The notes below the pieces were generated by a model that was not told the origin of the DNA, did not search any database, and was given only the letters and a program-made list of their open reading frames with translations. Of a DNA stretch of 64,000 nucleotides, positions 1-12,227 are shown piece by piece (position 1 is the first letter of the stretch; each line of letters opens with the position of its first letter). The stretch covers positions 44,354,274-44,418,273 of the forward strand of contig JARDVH010000130.1 in the NCBI GenBank assembly GCA_030324005.1. The letters are read 5' to 3'. The position numbers and the translations under genes are program-made. Source of the DNA: Negaprion brevirostris (lineage: Eukaryota).

Positions 1-746
1 ATTACAAAGTGAAAGCGTTAGAGTGGGTCTCTGAAAAATTCATTTTTCAAATCCTGTCTTGCAGCAAAAAAAAACAACTTCGAAGCTTATCTAAGCAGAT
101 TAATCTAAATTACAATAGTATCTGGGAACATCTGATGTCTCCTGGCTTCATGATTTTCTTTACTACATATATGCAGTAGGACGAAAAGCCTCTGAGCTGT
201 TGTGTGAAGTTCAGCAAAGGCATAATTCACAGTGCAAACTTAAGAGTAGCACAGTTTAATCGTTCATGTATCTTTAAGTATATTTTAATCATCTTTCCCT
301 TTATTATACTAACGACTTTAGTATATTAAAATTTTACTTTACTATATTAACCCTTTATTATATCTCTGCACTGTAAACCACCTCTAATATCCAGTTTTAA
401 AATACAAGAATACCTGGAAGTGTTTCCTTGACAAAAACAACTAGACTCAAATCCAGTAAATAAATAGCCAACCTCAGGGATTTTCTAAAACACGAGGGTC
501 AGTAGTTTGGTTCTGATGCCACACATAGCCACTGGAATTTAGAAATTCAGAGTTTTGTACCTGTATGAAGGCCAGTTTTCCAAAATAGGTCTTTAAAAAG
601 AGATTAACAGGAACTAAAGTCAACATCCTTACAGCAATGACTTGTTATAAATACTTGATACTGATAGTACAACCTAGCTTAGCTGCAGTCATGCTCAACT
701 ATCAACAGAACACTCACTGTTAAAGCAATGCACACTTCATAATATA

Positions 747-752
747 ACTTAC
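747..752 (-). promoter_or_regulatory. 5' splice donor GTAAGT of the TAF3 exon
   Basis: Plus strand acttac at 747-752, at the point where TAF3 similarity ends (…KHKNEK|). Confidence 0.9.
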
Positions 753-2551
753 TTTTTCATTTTTATGCTTATCTTTTTCTTTCTCCTTTTCCTTCTTTTC
801 TTTCTCCTTTTTCTCCTTTTCCTTCATCCTTTCCTTGTCCTTGTCTTTTTTCTTCTTTTTCTCCTTTTTGTCTTTTTTCTTGTCCTTCTCTTTCGACTTT
901 TCCTCAAACAGTCTTTCCGGAACCATAGGAGACACTGCTGGCAAAACACACTGCGTCTTGATATTGCTTGGGGTGCTGAACAAGGGCAATGGGACCTCTT
1001 TTGGGATAAACCCTGCTGAAGGGGCCTTAGTTTTATGTTTATCCTTGTCTTTATTCTTTTCCTTATCCTTTTTCCCCTTGTCTTTATCTTTTTTCTTTTC
1101 TTTGTGCTTTTCTTTGTCCTTTCTAAAGCTTCCATCTTTATGTTTTAACTTTACATCATTCTCATCAAAGTCTTTAATTCTAAATTTAAATGGATCTTTA
1201 TCGTGTTCTTTACCAAATTCTCTGAAAAAAATCTTGGATTCTTTGTTGGCTTCCTTGTCCTTATCCTTATTTTTCTCTTTATCTTTGCCTTTATCCTTTT
1301 TGTCCCTCTCCTTATCTTTCAGCTTTTCTTTTTCCTTCTTCTTGATTTTCATCTTAATCTCTTTCTTCAGCTTTTTCTTCACGTCGGATGAAGATGCATG
1401 CTTTGTACGTTCTTCATAGAGCTTAAGAAGGGGTTCGGGAGTTGGTGGGGAAGCAGAAGGGGAGGACAAGTCAGGCATGGATGCAGGTACAGAAGGAGGT
1501 GTACCTAAGCTCGCCTTCCTGACAACCTCATTAATGGAATCATCCAAAGTCCATGACACATTTGTGCTAGTTGTTGGCCCTGAAGACGACACAGGGGTTG
1601 CACTACCCCTGCTAAAGCTGCTAGATAGGGAAAGCATCCGTGGTGTTGATGATTCTGAAATAGTGAGTCTCCTGGGACTAGTGAAGATTTCACTTTCTGA
1701 TTCGGACCCAGAAGAAAACTCAAAAGGGTCTGGCTCACGCTCGGCACAAGCACGAGCTATAACAGCATTAATAGAGTCATCAATACTCTTATCAGGCACT
1801 GGCAATTTTTTTGGCGATGTATCCAAAACATTTGGTTTCTCCAATTCCGTTGATGTATGTGGCTGCTTTATTTGAACATTGTCTTTCCCCAGTTTTTCAG
1901 ACCCTGAGTTACAGACAGATAATGGTGTTCGGTTTAGAATTTCATTCTTGGCAGTGGAATGAGAAACACTTGCTGGTACTTTTGGACTTTTAGGACTTTT
2001 GGGGCTTTTTGTCCGTAGAGGTGATTTTTTGTCTGATTTTAATGAAGCTTTTGGAGAGCGAATGGGACTTCCTGAAAGTGCCAACTGAGATCCTTTAGGG
2101 GATTTGTTTTTTTGAACTGGTGAGGATGAGACTTTAGATTTGACTTTAGATGTGAGCACTTTTGAATCAGAAGATTTGGGGGTTGAAAGTTGTGATGGTT
2201 TTGGTATGGGTGCAAGCATCGGAGGTTCAGGTGAAAGTGGCAGTGAGCCAGAATGGTCTGGTGGTGCAACTGGAGATAAAACAGGAGGCACCCTTTGAGA
2301 ATTGATCATACTCAATGGTTCCCTTGGTTCTACGACACCATCAGGGCTCTCCATTTTACAGCCAGCTGTTCTAGCTCGCTTTGCAACTGGTAAGTCAACA
2401 GAGTCAGGGCTTTCAAGTGGCCTTTTGCCCAAAAAGTTTTCATCATTAACAGCCTCTTCCTCTTCCATATCCTCTTCTTCCTCTTCAAGGGGAACTTGCA
2501 TAGCTTCTGCTGATGTGCCTCCATCGGTGGGGACCTGCTCCTCTTCTTCCT
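753..2551 (-). CDS. TAF3: TAF3 (TATA-box binding protein associated factor 3), large internal coding exon (exon 3 equivalent); partial gene
   Basis: Minus-strand translation (E)EEEEQVPTDGGTSAEAMQVPLEEEEED...NDENFLGKRPLESP...DDSINAVIARACAEREPDPFEFSSGSESE...PPTPEPLLK...K/E/D-rich tail ending KHKNEK matches vertebrate TAF3 exon 3 as I recall it. Acceptor ttttcttttctttaacAG (AG at 2553-2552) and donor GTAAGT (752-747). Length is 2 nt + 599 codons. The ORF-track ORF 720..2501 is this exon read from an internal Met and through the donor. Confidence 0.96.
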
Positions 2552-2575
2552 CTGTTAAAGAAAAGAAAATATTTA
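2552..2575 (-). promoter_or_regulatory. 3' splice site (polypyrimidine tract + AG) of the TAF3 exon
   Basis: Minus strand reads atattttcttttctttaacag immediately before the in-frame exon start. Confidence 0.9.
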
Positions 2576-2639
2576 CAAAACATGGAACTTATATTTTTGT
2601 TAACAGCCCATCATTTTCAATGAGTTTCACAACTAATAG

Positions 2640-2930
2640 TTTACATTTGAAAGGCAGTCAATTGTTATGGAAGCATACACAACAGCAAACTTCTGTAAAG
2701 GTCTCACAAATAACAAATGAGATGAGTGACAATTTAACCACTTCTCTCTGCTGTTGAGAAAAGTTGGCCAGACTATTGGGGATACTGGCATGTCTTTCTC
2801 AAATGGTGCCATGGTATCTTTAATGTCCACCTGCTTTGCCATGACAGGGAACAAACCCATCAATGTTATAATTCCCTTAGTAGTACACACAGTTTTAGCA
2901 TAGTTAATCAGTTTAATTCCTAAATGGGCT
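2640..2930 (-). mobile_element. Old Deu-domain SINE (SacSINE1/AmnSINE1-like), degraded
   Basis: aaatggtgccatggtatctttaatgtccacctg and tctcacaaataacaaatgagat are reverse complements of Deu-SINE core motifs also seen in the 36172-36582 copy. Confidence 0.6.
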
Positions 2931-4069
2931 CAAATGAAAACGCACTACCCACATTTACATTTGTATTTATCCACCAGCTTCTCTAGCTTGGATTGTGCAT
3001 TCTGGTAGTCAGGTGGAGCTAAAACTGCTGGATTGTATTAAGACTGGTAGTCAAAAAATGCAGGAACTTCAAGGAAGAAATTGAAGTTACTGTGGTTTAC
3101 AAAAGTACAATAGTTGTGGCAATTGAGGCATGCCTTCTTATGACTGCATACTGTAATAGATGATATAATGTAATTATGTTGCACAAATCTAGCTACCAAT
3201 TTGTCACTGCACCTCTTCACATGCTACTTACCCAAAGGGAAAGCAACAATGCCACTGGGAAGAGTGATGCTCAAAAGCCTCACTCTTTCAACTGAAAAAT
3301 CTATAACACGAAAATGATCTTCTGACTCAAAGGTGAGAGGTATAAACAGACATGTGCATAAAGAATAAACACCATAATAGTTTATATATTCAAACAGTAA
3401 GTAGAATAGGTTCAGAAATATGATTGATCACTTTTATTGTGATACAGGAATAGACTTGAATCCAATCACAGAAAAGTTAGCTTAATAAAATCTGTTACGA
3501 CAATGTCAATTTGCTTGTGAATGTACTGTATAAGTACAAGTAAGTTGTTGCTAGACAGAGATCCTATTTATAATGCTATTCAGTTTATCCTGATATCACA
3601 TCTGATGGGTCAGTGTGGATGTCTGCGACTCAAAACTACTGAAATATATTATGCTGGAATTGGGTAAATGGCACAAAGCACCCAATTATCAAACAAGGTT
3701 AATGAATTACAACTTTGGTCTCTGCTACGAATTTCAGTTCTGCATTAGATCATTTCTTGGGTTCACCAGGTAAATCTGGTAAAGTGGACCCTGTGCCACT
3801 TACAATCAGAAGTTTATCTTTCCACCTAATATCAGTCATATGATAGTGTGAATTATGAGTACATATGGGACATATTCACAATTCCTCCAGGCCTCATGAA
3901 GATTCAGCATGCATACATGGTAAGCTCTTACTGCTAGAGGACTGGTTTCCTACTAATATATTTAATGTCTTTTTCTTTCCACAACTGCACTCTCCAATGC
4001 GATGTCAGATCAAAGTGAAGAGTGCTGTAAAAATGACCCTAGTCTAACTACAAAATGCAATTATAAATC

Positions 4070-4440
4070 TTTACTAGTAAAACATCCTGAGGCACTTTAC
4101 CAGAGTTAACAAAATTTGACACTGAGCCACATAAGGAGATATTAGAACAGGTAGGTTTTACAGAGCATCATCAAGAAGAGGAGAAAGCTCAGGGTCAGGT
4201 AGCTGAAGGCATGCTTGCTGGTGAAGTGATGTATATCAGGGATATAGAAGAGGCCAGAAAAGATGCAGTGCAGTGATCACTGAGATTTGTAGGGTTGGAA
4301 AGGTGACAGGATAGTTGGAGAAGCAATGTTATGGAGGGATTTAAAAATGAGGATGAAAATTTTAAAATTAAATTGTTGCCAGACTGGGAACCAATGTAAG
4401 TCAGCAAGCACAGAGCCGATGAGTAAACGAGACTTAGCTC
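4070..4440 (-). mobile_element. L2-like LINE 3' fragment
   Basis: aaaacatcctgaggcactttac...tttgacactgagccacataaggagatattag...gggaaccaatgtaagtcagcaagcacag resembles shark L2 3' ends; degenerate. Confidence 0.55.
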
Positions 4441-4454
4441 TAAGTCTATTATTT

Positions 4455-4587
4455 CAGCACTAAGAAGGAGGCCAATTGGCCCATCATATCTGTACTGACC
4501 ACAATCCCACCCAGGCCCTATCCCTGTAACCCCACATATTTACCTTGCTAATCCCCCTGATACTGAGGGGCAATTTAGCATGGTCAA
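4455..4587 (-). mobile_element. HE1-type SINE, 3' part
   Basis: gaaggaggccaattggcccatc...cacaatcccacccaggccctatccc...gggcaatttagcatgg, near-identical to the tail of the copies at 5496 and 37164. Confidence 0.8.
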
Positions 4588-5104
4588 ACGTGTAAAGGAT
4601 AACTTGTGACATGATCATCGGCAGGTCGACAACAATTCCAAAAACAGGGAAAAGGTTCAGTTCTTGGTTCATGCTTTCAGCACTGGTTTAAACATTGGAT
4701 CACTGTTAGCCTATAATTGCTAATCAACAGACAATGCAAGGCTTACCTTGTTGTGTTCGTGTAAAACTCAAACTGTTCATGAACTGATGTTATGTTTACA
4801 CTTAGTGTTTAACTGATAAACAGATTAAAGGTAATGCAAATAAAAATCAACCACACTCAAAAAATTACACACTCAATTACAGTGCATCCTAGTTTGGGGA
4901 TGGCTTTGAAACCTGGATTCAATTTAGCAACTTGTAGCTGAAAAGTTTGGAAAAAAGTGGAACTGTTAAACAAATACTGACACTAACCTAAGTTGCGCAT
5001 GTTTTGTTATTTCTAGTGAAACACAGAACAGCCTGCTCCACTGACAAGTGCTGTACGAGAACTTTATACAGCAGTTTGTTTTATGCTAAGCATTTATATA
5101 ATCA

Positions 5105-5340
5105 TTCAACTCATCATGCCTGGACCAGCTCTCAGAGCTTTCAACTTGGACCCCTTTCCCTGCCCTTTCCCATACTCTTTAGCTTTTCTTTTTCAAATAT
5201 TTACCCATATCCCTTTTAAAAGCTATTATGGATTCTGCTTCCACCTTGCTTCAGATAGCACATTATGCGTCCTAACAGCCAGCAGCAAAAAACAAATTTT
5301 CCTTACCTCACTCATCATCTTTTGGTGAGTTCATGCGTGC
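5105..5340 (-). mobile_element. Old CR1 LINE 3' fragment
   Basis: ttttcaaatatttacccatatcccttttaaaagctattatggattctgcttccacc corresponds to the reverse of the CR1 ORF2 end and 3' UTR. Confidence 0.55.
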
Positions 5341-5495
5341 TAGTCTTACCTAATTATCTCACTGAAAGTCACAAATGCAGGGCGACTTTAACAGATTTTG
5401 TGTGTTATAGTGAAGTTTGTCTAACCTCTCTTTGTACTGGCTTGGCTCAGTCACCTCAGGAAAGAAGAGGGTGCCTCCTGTTTGTTCAATGGTAC

Positions 5496-5815
5496 CATAT
5501 AATCTCCACAGAACAGAAAGAGGCCATTCGGTCCATCGAGTCTGCACCAACCATAATCCCACCCAGGCCCTATTCCTGACCTCTCATATTCACCCTAGCT
5601 AGTCCCCCTGACACTAGGGTTAATTTAGCATGGCCAATCACCTAACCTGCATATCTTTGGACTGTGGGACAAAAGTGGAGCACCTGGAGAAAACCCATAC
5701 AGACATGGGGAGAATGTGCAAAGTCCACACAAACAGTGACCCAAGGCTGAAATTAAACCCAGGTCCCTGGCACTGTGAGGCAGCAGTGCTAACCACTGTG
5801 CCACCATGCTGTCCC
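5496..5815 (-). mobile_element. HE1-type tRNA-derived V-SINE, full length
   Basis: Minus strand: tRNA-like head GGGACAGCATGGTGGCACAGTGGTTAGCACTGCTGCCTCACAG (A box) ...GGGTTTAATTTC (B-box-like), V-domain tgtgtggactttgcacattctcccc, then a CR1/HER1-like tail. Confidence 0.9.
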
Positions 5816-7884
5816 ATAAGATTGAAAGTATGAATTATAGTATCTGGTGCATCTTTGGCGTAGTGTGATGTTAGTGCCTTTGGACTTTGAAATGTAGGGG
5901 TTTGCACAACCAATGGCAACCTTGAGTAAACAAGACACGTGAAGATGGGAAGATCCCTCTTTTTAAAACAGTGTCTTTCCAGTAGCAAGCTTTAACAAGG
6001 CTAACAAATTCACTCGAGTTGCATTGTAAGCCCAGGCACAAAGGTCTAAAGCTGATATGAGGCATTTTAAACAGAAGTGAAAGTCAGGAAACTGGAAAAA
6101 AAAGAAAGATCCTATTAGTTGGAAGCGATGTTAACAAATAAGACATACTGGTGGACCAAACTATTTCTTAAAAATTCAAAAAGGAAAATGAAGCTTCTTC
6201 GAGCATTTTTATTCTCAGGTCTACCTAATTATTTTATTTCCTTCTGCTTTAAGATTGTAATGACAACAATTCTGCATTTATTGGAAATGCCACAGGGAAA
6301 TCGTTTACACTGGTCACAGGAAATGAAATTCTGCAGAGCTGAAATCTTAGTGGGGGACTCATTTCTATTTTCTGACTGTTTTATATAATCTGACAGGGAA
6401 AGCTAATGGACAAGCTCTCTATTGATTTAAAAGCAGTAAGCAACCCTCATTATTACAAAAAGAAACATTGCTTAGGTGTACTGGAAGAAATTCATGCACA
6501 AAATGTGTGATAGATAGATACACAGGGAAATTGCAGAAAAATATTCTGTTGAGGCATGAGGAAGATCCTGTTGAGACATGTGGAGTATGCAAAGAGACTG
6601 AGAAGGAAGAGAGGTGGATGAGGGTGGGGGAGGGGGTTGAGGGAGAGAAAAGAAAAGAAAAAGGGAACAGTTACACAGTGATGGATAGACACGAACTGTA
6701 CTCAGAGCAAATCATGTGTTTGCTGCCTTACAAAGCAAAAGGACCTTTCTCTGACAGACAGTGAGCAGCAGTAGAGATGCTCCAGTTAATTAGAAATGCA
6801 CTGAGGTGATGCATTAATAAAAATGCAGCTTCTGGAAAACTGAAAGAAAAATATGAGTTGCTAGAAAAACTCAGTGAGGGGATTAAGACCTCACACTATA
6901 TTTTTATACAATGTATCATCCTCATGTCTATTTTTAAAATTTTAGAAACTGGACAAACCCCCTTTAAAATGGCTGAAACTATATGTCTGCCTGTTACTGT
7001 CAAACAAAAGGAAAGTTCTGGCAGTCTGGAAGAATTTTGCACCTCGTTATTGCTGGAGGGACTCTAAGCCCATGGGATGCACAGAGCAAATTAAAAGAGA
7101 ACTATACAAAGGCCATCTGCATTTCATAACCCACACTAGCCAACTGGAGCTAACTCAGCTGCTAGAATGAAGGGCTCCGCAACCTTTCTTTCAATTGGGC
7201 ACATACATTCCTTGTCAAAGACAATGTGGAGAGGTGGGAATTATGTGATATAGACCTCTATGGCAAATGCAAGAATTGGTGACCACCAGTTAGTAAAATG
7301 AACTATAATGGTTTGTTTTCAAGCAGGTAAATACAAAAAGTAGTTTCACAATGTTAAAACTTCAGCAACAGAAGCACACACTCTGCACCGAAGTTCTCAT
7401 GTTTGTTCCCTATGAGGCAATTGGGTCACATGGCCCTCCCAATGTTTGTCCCTTAAAAGAGCTGGCTACTACATCCCTCTCCTTTAAGTCCTTTATATAA
7501 TATATTAATAACTTATACAATTTCCAAAACAATAAGAGTAACGAACATTTATAACGCAGTTTATCAGGAACTAAGTCTGCCAGGGGACTTCCTCTTTCGC
7601 TGGGAGTGACATGGCTCAACTAGTTGAGGTTCAACTGTAGCAGGTAGTTTGGGTTGGACTTACTTCATTAAGACCCTTTCTGGAATTTGTGCCTCACTTT
7701 CCACTATTTCCCCAATTTCATTGGCCCAACACTGAGTAACCAGCCACTTCATCCACAATCAAACAATAACATTAGTTGCAGGTACAATTGGATCAAGCAG
7801 TAGCACTGGCTCTTGGAATGACTCCTGCCTCCGCAAATGTTGTGTGTGTTTTTTCAGCAACTCGTTCTGCATTTTCACTTCATA

Positions 7885-8399
7885 AGGCTCTGACATCCAT
7901 CATCATGAAGTGCTTTGAAAGGTTTATCATGGCACATATCAAGTCCAATCTCCCAGACTGCCTTCCTCTATGACAGTTTGCCTATCGCTGCAACAGGTTC
8001 ACAGCACATGCCATTTCCCTGGCCATACACTTAACCCTGGACAACAAGGACACTTAAGACAGACTTCTTTTTATTGACTACAGCTCAGCCTTCAACACTA
8101 TTATACCAACAAAACTCATCTCTAAACTCTGTGGCCTAGGGCTTGGCTCCTCCCTCTGTGACTGGATCCTAGACTTCCTAACCTACAGACCACAATCAGC
8201 AAGGGTAAATAGCGAAACCTCTTCAACGGTTATCCTCAACACCAGTGCCCCACAAGGCTGTGTCCTCAGCCCCCAACTGTACTCCTTATACACTAATGAC
8301 TGCATGGCCAAACTCCCCTCCAACTCCATTTTCAACTTTGCCAGTGACACCACTGTCATGAGTCAGATCTCAGACAATGACGAGATGGAGTACAGGAAG
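7885..8399 (+). mobile_element. Rex1/Babar non-LTR retrotransposon, reverse-transcriptase fragment (pseudogenised)
   Basis: Translates ALTSIIMKCFERFIMAHIK...QFAYR...[15 protein letters not shown]...[11 protein letters not shown]...[23 protein letters not shown], with stops and frameshifts. Confidence 0.85.
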
Positions 8400-8650
8400 C
8401 TCTGCCCCTCCATTGGTGTCCACGTATTCAAATAGCAACCTCAAGCTTTCGAGTTAGATTCTTAAGCTCTTCCATCTCCATCTCCTCCTGCTTTATAATC
8501 CTTCTCAAAGCCCACTGTAATGACTAAAGCATGTGTTCACCTCTCCTAAATCGCTTTTAACTTTCATTGAGTACTTTGATTATACTCCTGTCCAGCACTT
8601 TAGATCATTTTCCTCTGTTCAAGGTGCTACAGAAACACAATCACTGTGGT
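8400..8650 (+). mobile_element. L2-like LINE 3' end
   Basis: Pyrimidine-rich segment ...tttataatccttctcaaagcc... ending ttcaaggtgctacagaaacacaa, similar to L2 tails. Confidence 0.45.
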
Positions 8651-9139
8651 TTTGCTGATGTTGCTCATGAATGATATAACTCATCATTTGATTTATTTTA
8701 TATAAATAATACGATTCCAACATTTACTAGTCAGTTGTTTCTGAAACAAGACAATTAACATCCCACTGGCACTCCAATTTCCAGAGAATTAGAAGGCTGC
8801 CGATGAAGACAGATTTCAACTGAACACAAGTGATCTCTAAAAATGTCAGCACAACCCAGAGATAGAATTACAGCTTTCAATTGGAATCACAGCATCTGTT
8901 ATGTATAGAGCCATGGCTAACAAGGCTAATAAAGCTAACACTATTTGGCATACAGAGGCCTTTTTGAGAACTCAATTCAATTAATGCTTCATAAATTCAA
9001 AAGTAATTCGAAATATAATTGAACTGCTGGGTCAGGCCATGAATGATCAAATACAGCAGGTAAAAAACAATGTGAATCAACAGCGCTGCATAATCAAAAT
9101 GCTACTTTGCTCACCAGGTTACCAAAGCTGGAAAAAATT

Positions 9140-9201
9140 TCAGTATTAATAATTTGGTAATTGAAATTTGAAAATTTCAATTACCAAATTATTAATATTG
9201 A
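9140..9201. repeat. Near-perfect inverted repeat (26 bp perfect arms, 30 bp with one mismatch, 2 nt loop)
   Basis: tattaataatttggtaattgaaattt (9144-9169), ga, aaatttcaattaccaaattattaata (9172-9197). Confidence 0.95.
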
Positions 9202-9794
9202 GGACTGTTGTGTGAGGAATGGTAATAACAGCTGAAACTTTACCAAAATGTTGCTTGGTAGAGACTGAAGTTAGCGAGATGCAACAATCATGAAGACGAA
9301 CATTATGAGATTCATGGAAGTGTGCATATTAAAGATGATTTGGCTGATGGATCCTCTTGTTGTTTTGATGGATGAGTTCAGCAAGGAGACCAGATATCCA
9401 CTGTCTAGGCCTGGTGTTGCTTCATATGTGATGTTAAAGCAAATCTTAAATTGCAGATCCGCTTACAAATGCTACATATGAAATCACCATTGGAAGGGAT
9501 GAAAGCTCTGGCTTTGCAGCATGCTCACTGGCCCTGTAGAGATCTGTCTGTTCTCAAGTTTAGACAAGTGATTATATATGTAGCTAGTACAGACAGAAAT
9601 AACTTTTGAACACTTAATTTGGCAAGTTCAAAGAATATCAGTAAGTAATTATTCAGGGATAACAGAACCCTTAAGGAACAATTTCCTAAAGAAATGCCAT
9701 TCAAGTTCACAATTCTTTGTAAACAGCCAGACAGAAAGCCATTAAGTAAGGTTATGATCACTGTGACAATAAACTGTAATATTAATATACAGAA

Positions 9795-10765
9795 ATAAGC
9801 AAAATAATGTGGATGCTGGAACCTGAAACAAGAACACAGGAAGCTGGAGAGACTCAGGTCTTCCAGCATTTATCAGAGGAGAACTAGAGTTAGCGTTTTA
9901 AGTCATGGGCTCTTTGTCAGAGCAGAAGGGAGGGAGAATGAAGAAACTGCAACAAAAAGTAGCAACTTTAAGAACAAAAGACAGATGGCCTGGTGCGAGA
10001 GGGGGTGGGGGTTTTGCATTGAGGCAATGCATGCATGGAATATTAAAAGGGGGGGGGGGGTGTTAAAGGGGGGAGAAATGTCAAAATCTCAAGATGTTGA
10101 ACTCAATGTTGAGTCCCAAGGGCTGCAATGTGTCCAACCAGAAGATGAGATGCAATTCCTCCAGCTTGTGATGGGCTTCACTGGATTATTACATCAGGCC
10201 AAGAACAGATATGTGGGTGTGAGATCAAGGTGGAGTCAAAATGACACCAACAGGAAGGCTGGGTCATGCTTGCGGATTGAGTGAAGGTGGACAGCAAAGC
10301 TGTTTAGTATCTCTTAAGTAGAGGGGAATGCATTGGGAGCAGCTAATACGAATGAACTAAATTGAAGGAAGTACAAACGAAACACTGCTTAACCTGAACA
10401 TTTTAGAACATAGAACACTACAGCACAAACAGGCCCTTCGGCCCACAAGTGGAGCCGATCACATCTATGCCTACCAAGCCATAGTATCTGTAACTTCCAA
10501 TGCCATTACATCCCATATAGTCATCCTGGTCCTTGAATGGTGAGGAGGGAGGAAGTAAAGGGCCAGAAGGTGTTGCACCTTCTGTGATTGCAAGGGAAGG
10601 TGCTGTATGTAGGGGATGGGGCATTGGGTGTGATGGAGGAGTGGATTAGGATGTCACAGAGGATGCAGTCCCTGCAGAATGCTAATGGGGCCCAAAGGAC
10701 AGTGAATGAATGAGGGGAAAATGTTTCGTGGTGGCGTCGTGCTGGAGCTGGTGGACACTGTACAG
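9795..10765 (-). mobile_element. Penelope-like element relic (GIY-YIG C-terminus + pLTR), interrupted by a CR1 tail
   Basis: Minus strand 10167..10099 encodes KLEELHLIFWLDTLQPLGLNIEF, the typical C-terminus of Penelope GIY-YIG endonucleases. 9795-9925 is the same pLTR-type sequence as at 21211 and 49206. Confidence 0.8.
10403..10520 (-). mobile_element. CR1/HER1 3' tail fragment nested in the Penelope relic
   Basis: tagaacatagaacactacagcacaaacaggcccttcggcccac: octamer-repeat terminus and stem-loop of CR1-type tails. Confidence 0.7.
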
Positions 10766-12107
10766 GTATACATGAAACCTATTTAATTCAGAATGTTGTT
10801 TTCACCTCCTGCCAGTNNNNNNNNNNNNNNNNNNNNTTATCATGATTGTGCTAGATCACAAAAGAAACTAAGTAACATTTGCAGGAGGAATAAAACGTAC
10901 AAATAGCACCCTTTGGTACTGGATTGAACGGTTTTTAAATTTTTTTAAGGGAAACAAAATTCACTGTGACATCCGAATGCACAATTCTGTACTGCAGAGT
11001 AAAGCAACTACTGAACTGTGTAAGCACAGTAAGGTGAAACAATTTACAGTATTATGAATGGCCTAATCTATATGTTAATACTAGTGGATCATATAACTCC
11101 TGCTTGAATAAGATAGGGGCATAGTTGGAGGGTTTCTATAGTTACCACCAATGGCAACTGTTCTGAAAGGTTGCTTGACTGACATAGCACATGCTTTTCA
11201 ATTGGTGCCCAGTGGTTGCTTATGATATGAAGCTATGATAACAGCAATTTCTCTTGCATCTTCTCCCCACACAGCATCCCTTCCTGTGGCCTCCCCCTCC
11301 ACCCCACCCCTCATCATCCCTTAACTACATTAAATCACCTCTGTTTGTCATAGGCTATTGTTCAGTTCACAGGCTAATGTAAGTTTAAAGCTTGACCAGC
11401 CTACATCAGTTCTGAGAATAATTAAGCACAAGTGGAGGCACAAGAGAAAAAGTGACAAAGTACCTACTTTTGAGGAGTCCTTCAGCAAATCAGCCGCTGC
11501 TATCTTGCAAACCTCCTGGGTATCTCTTCTGTAAGATATTGACTAGATAACCTGTTCTTTTTCTCATATCATAAGCTGGTGTAAGATCACCATAGAGGCG
11601 GGGTTAAACAAGAGTTACAGTGGAATGGCAAAATGTTTTAAAAGAGGAAGAAAACCTTCAGATACATTGGATCATTTTCCCATTTTAATCTGAAACATTA
11701 CAGGGATACACACGCTGAATAGCAAACCCAATTCAACTCTGTTTGATCAAGCCAGTTGCATGTCTTCATCACAAGACACCAGTTACTTTAAAATGACTAC
11801 AGTATTTCAAAATCTACACTACCACGGAGAAGAGGAGGATTTTATTAAAAAGACAAGGTCAAGGAGTAAGCTGCCCATCTGTTAGAACAGCTGGGTAACT
11901 ATATGACGAGTTACTTTTTAATAACTGCAATCCCTAATGGCACTGCACACCATCTCGTGAAAAAATGTTTTTTTAAAACATACAAGAAATTTAATTAAAA
12001 TGTACAGNNNNNNNNNNNNNNNNNNNNNNNNNNNNNNNNNNNNNNNNNNNNNNNNNNNNNNNNNNNNNNNNNNNNNNNNNNNNNNNNNNNNNNNNNNNNN
12101 NNNNNNN

Positions 12108-12215
12108 CAGAAAGAGGCCCTTTGGCCCATCGAGTCTGCACCGAACACAATCCCACCCAGGCCCTACCCCCATATCCCTACATAATTTACCCACTAATCC
12201 CTCTAACCTTATATT
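12108..12215 (-). mobile_element. HE1-type SINE tail next to a gap
   Basis: cagaaagaggccctttggcccatcgagtctgcaccgaacacaatcccacccaggccc. Confidence 0.8.
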
Positions 12216-12227
12216 CTTCAATTCCTA

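Noticed and set aside
720-2501. 593 aa ORF as a complete single-exon gene
   Set aside because: It begins at an internal Met 50 nt inside the exon and reads through a consensus donor; it is one exon of TAF3.
765-2757. Plus-strand and alternate-frame ORFs overlapping the TAF3 exon (e.g. 835-1419, 1477-1875, 2302-2757)
   Set aside because: Shadow ORFs caused by the low-complexity Lys/Glu/Asp and Ser/Pro codons of TAF3; the Phe/Leu/Ser-rich products are not credible proteins.
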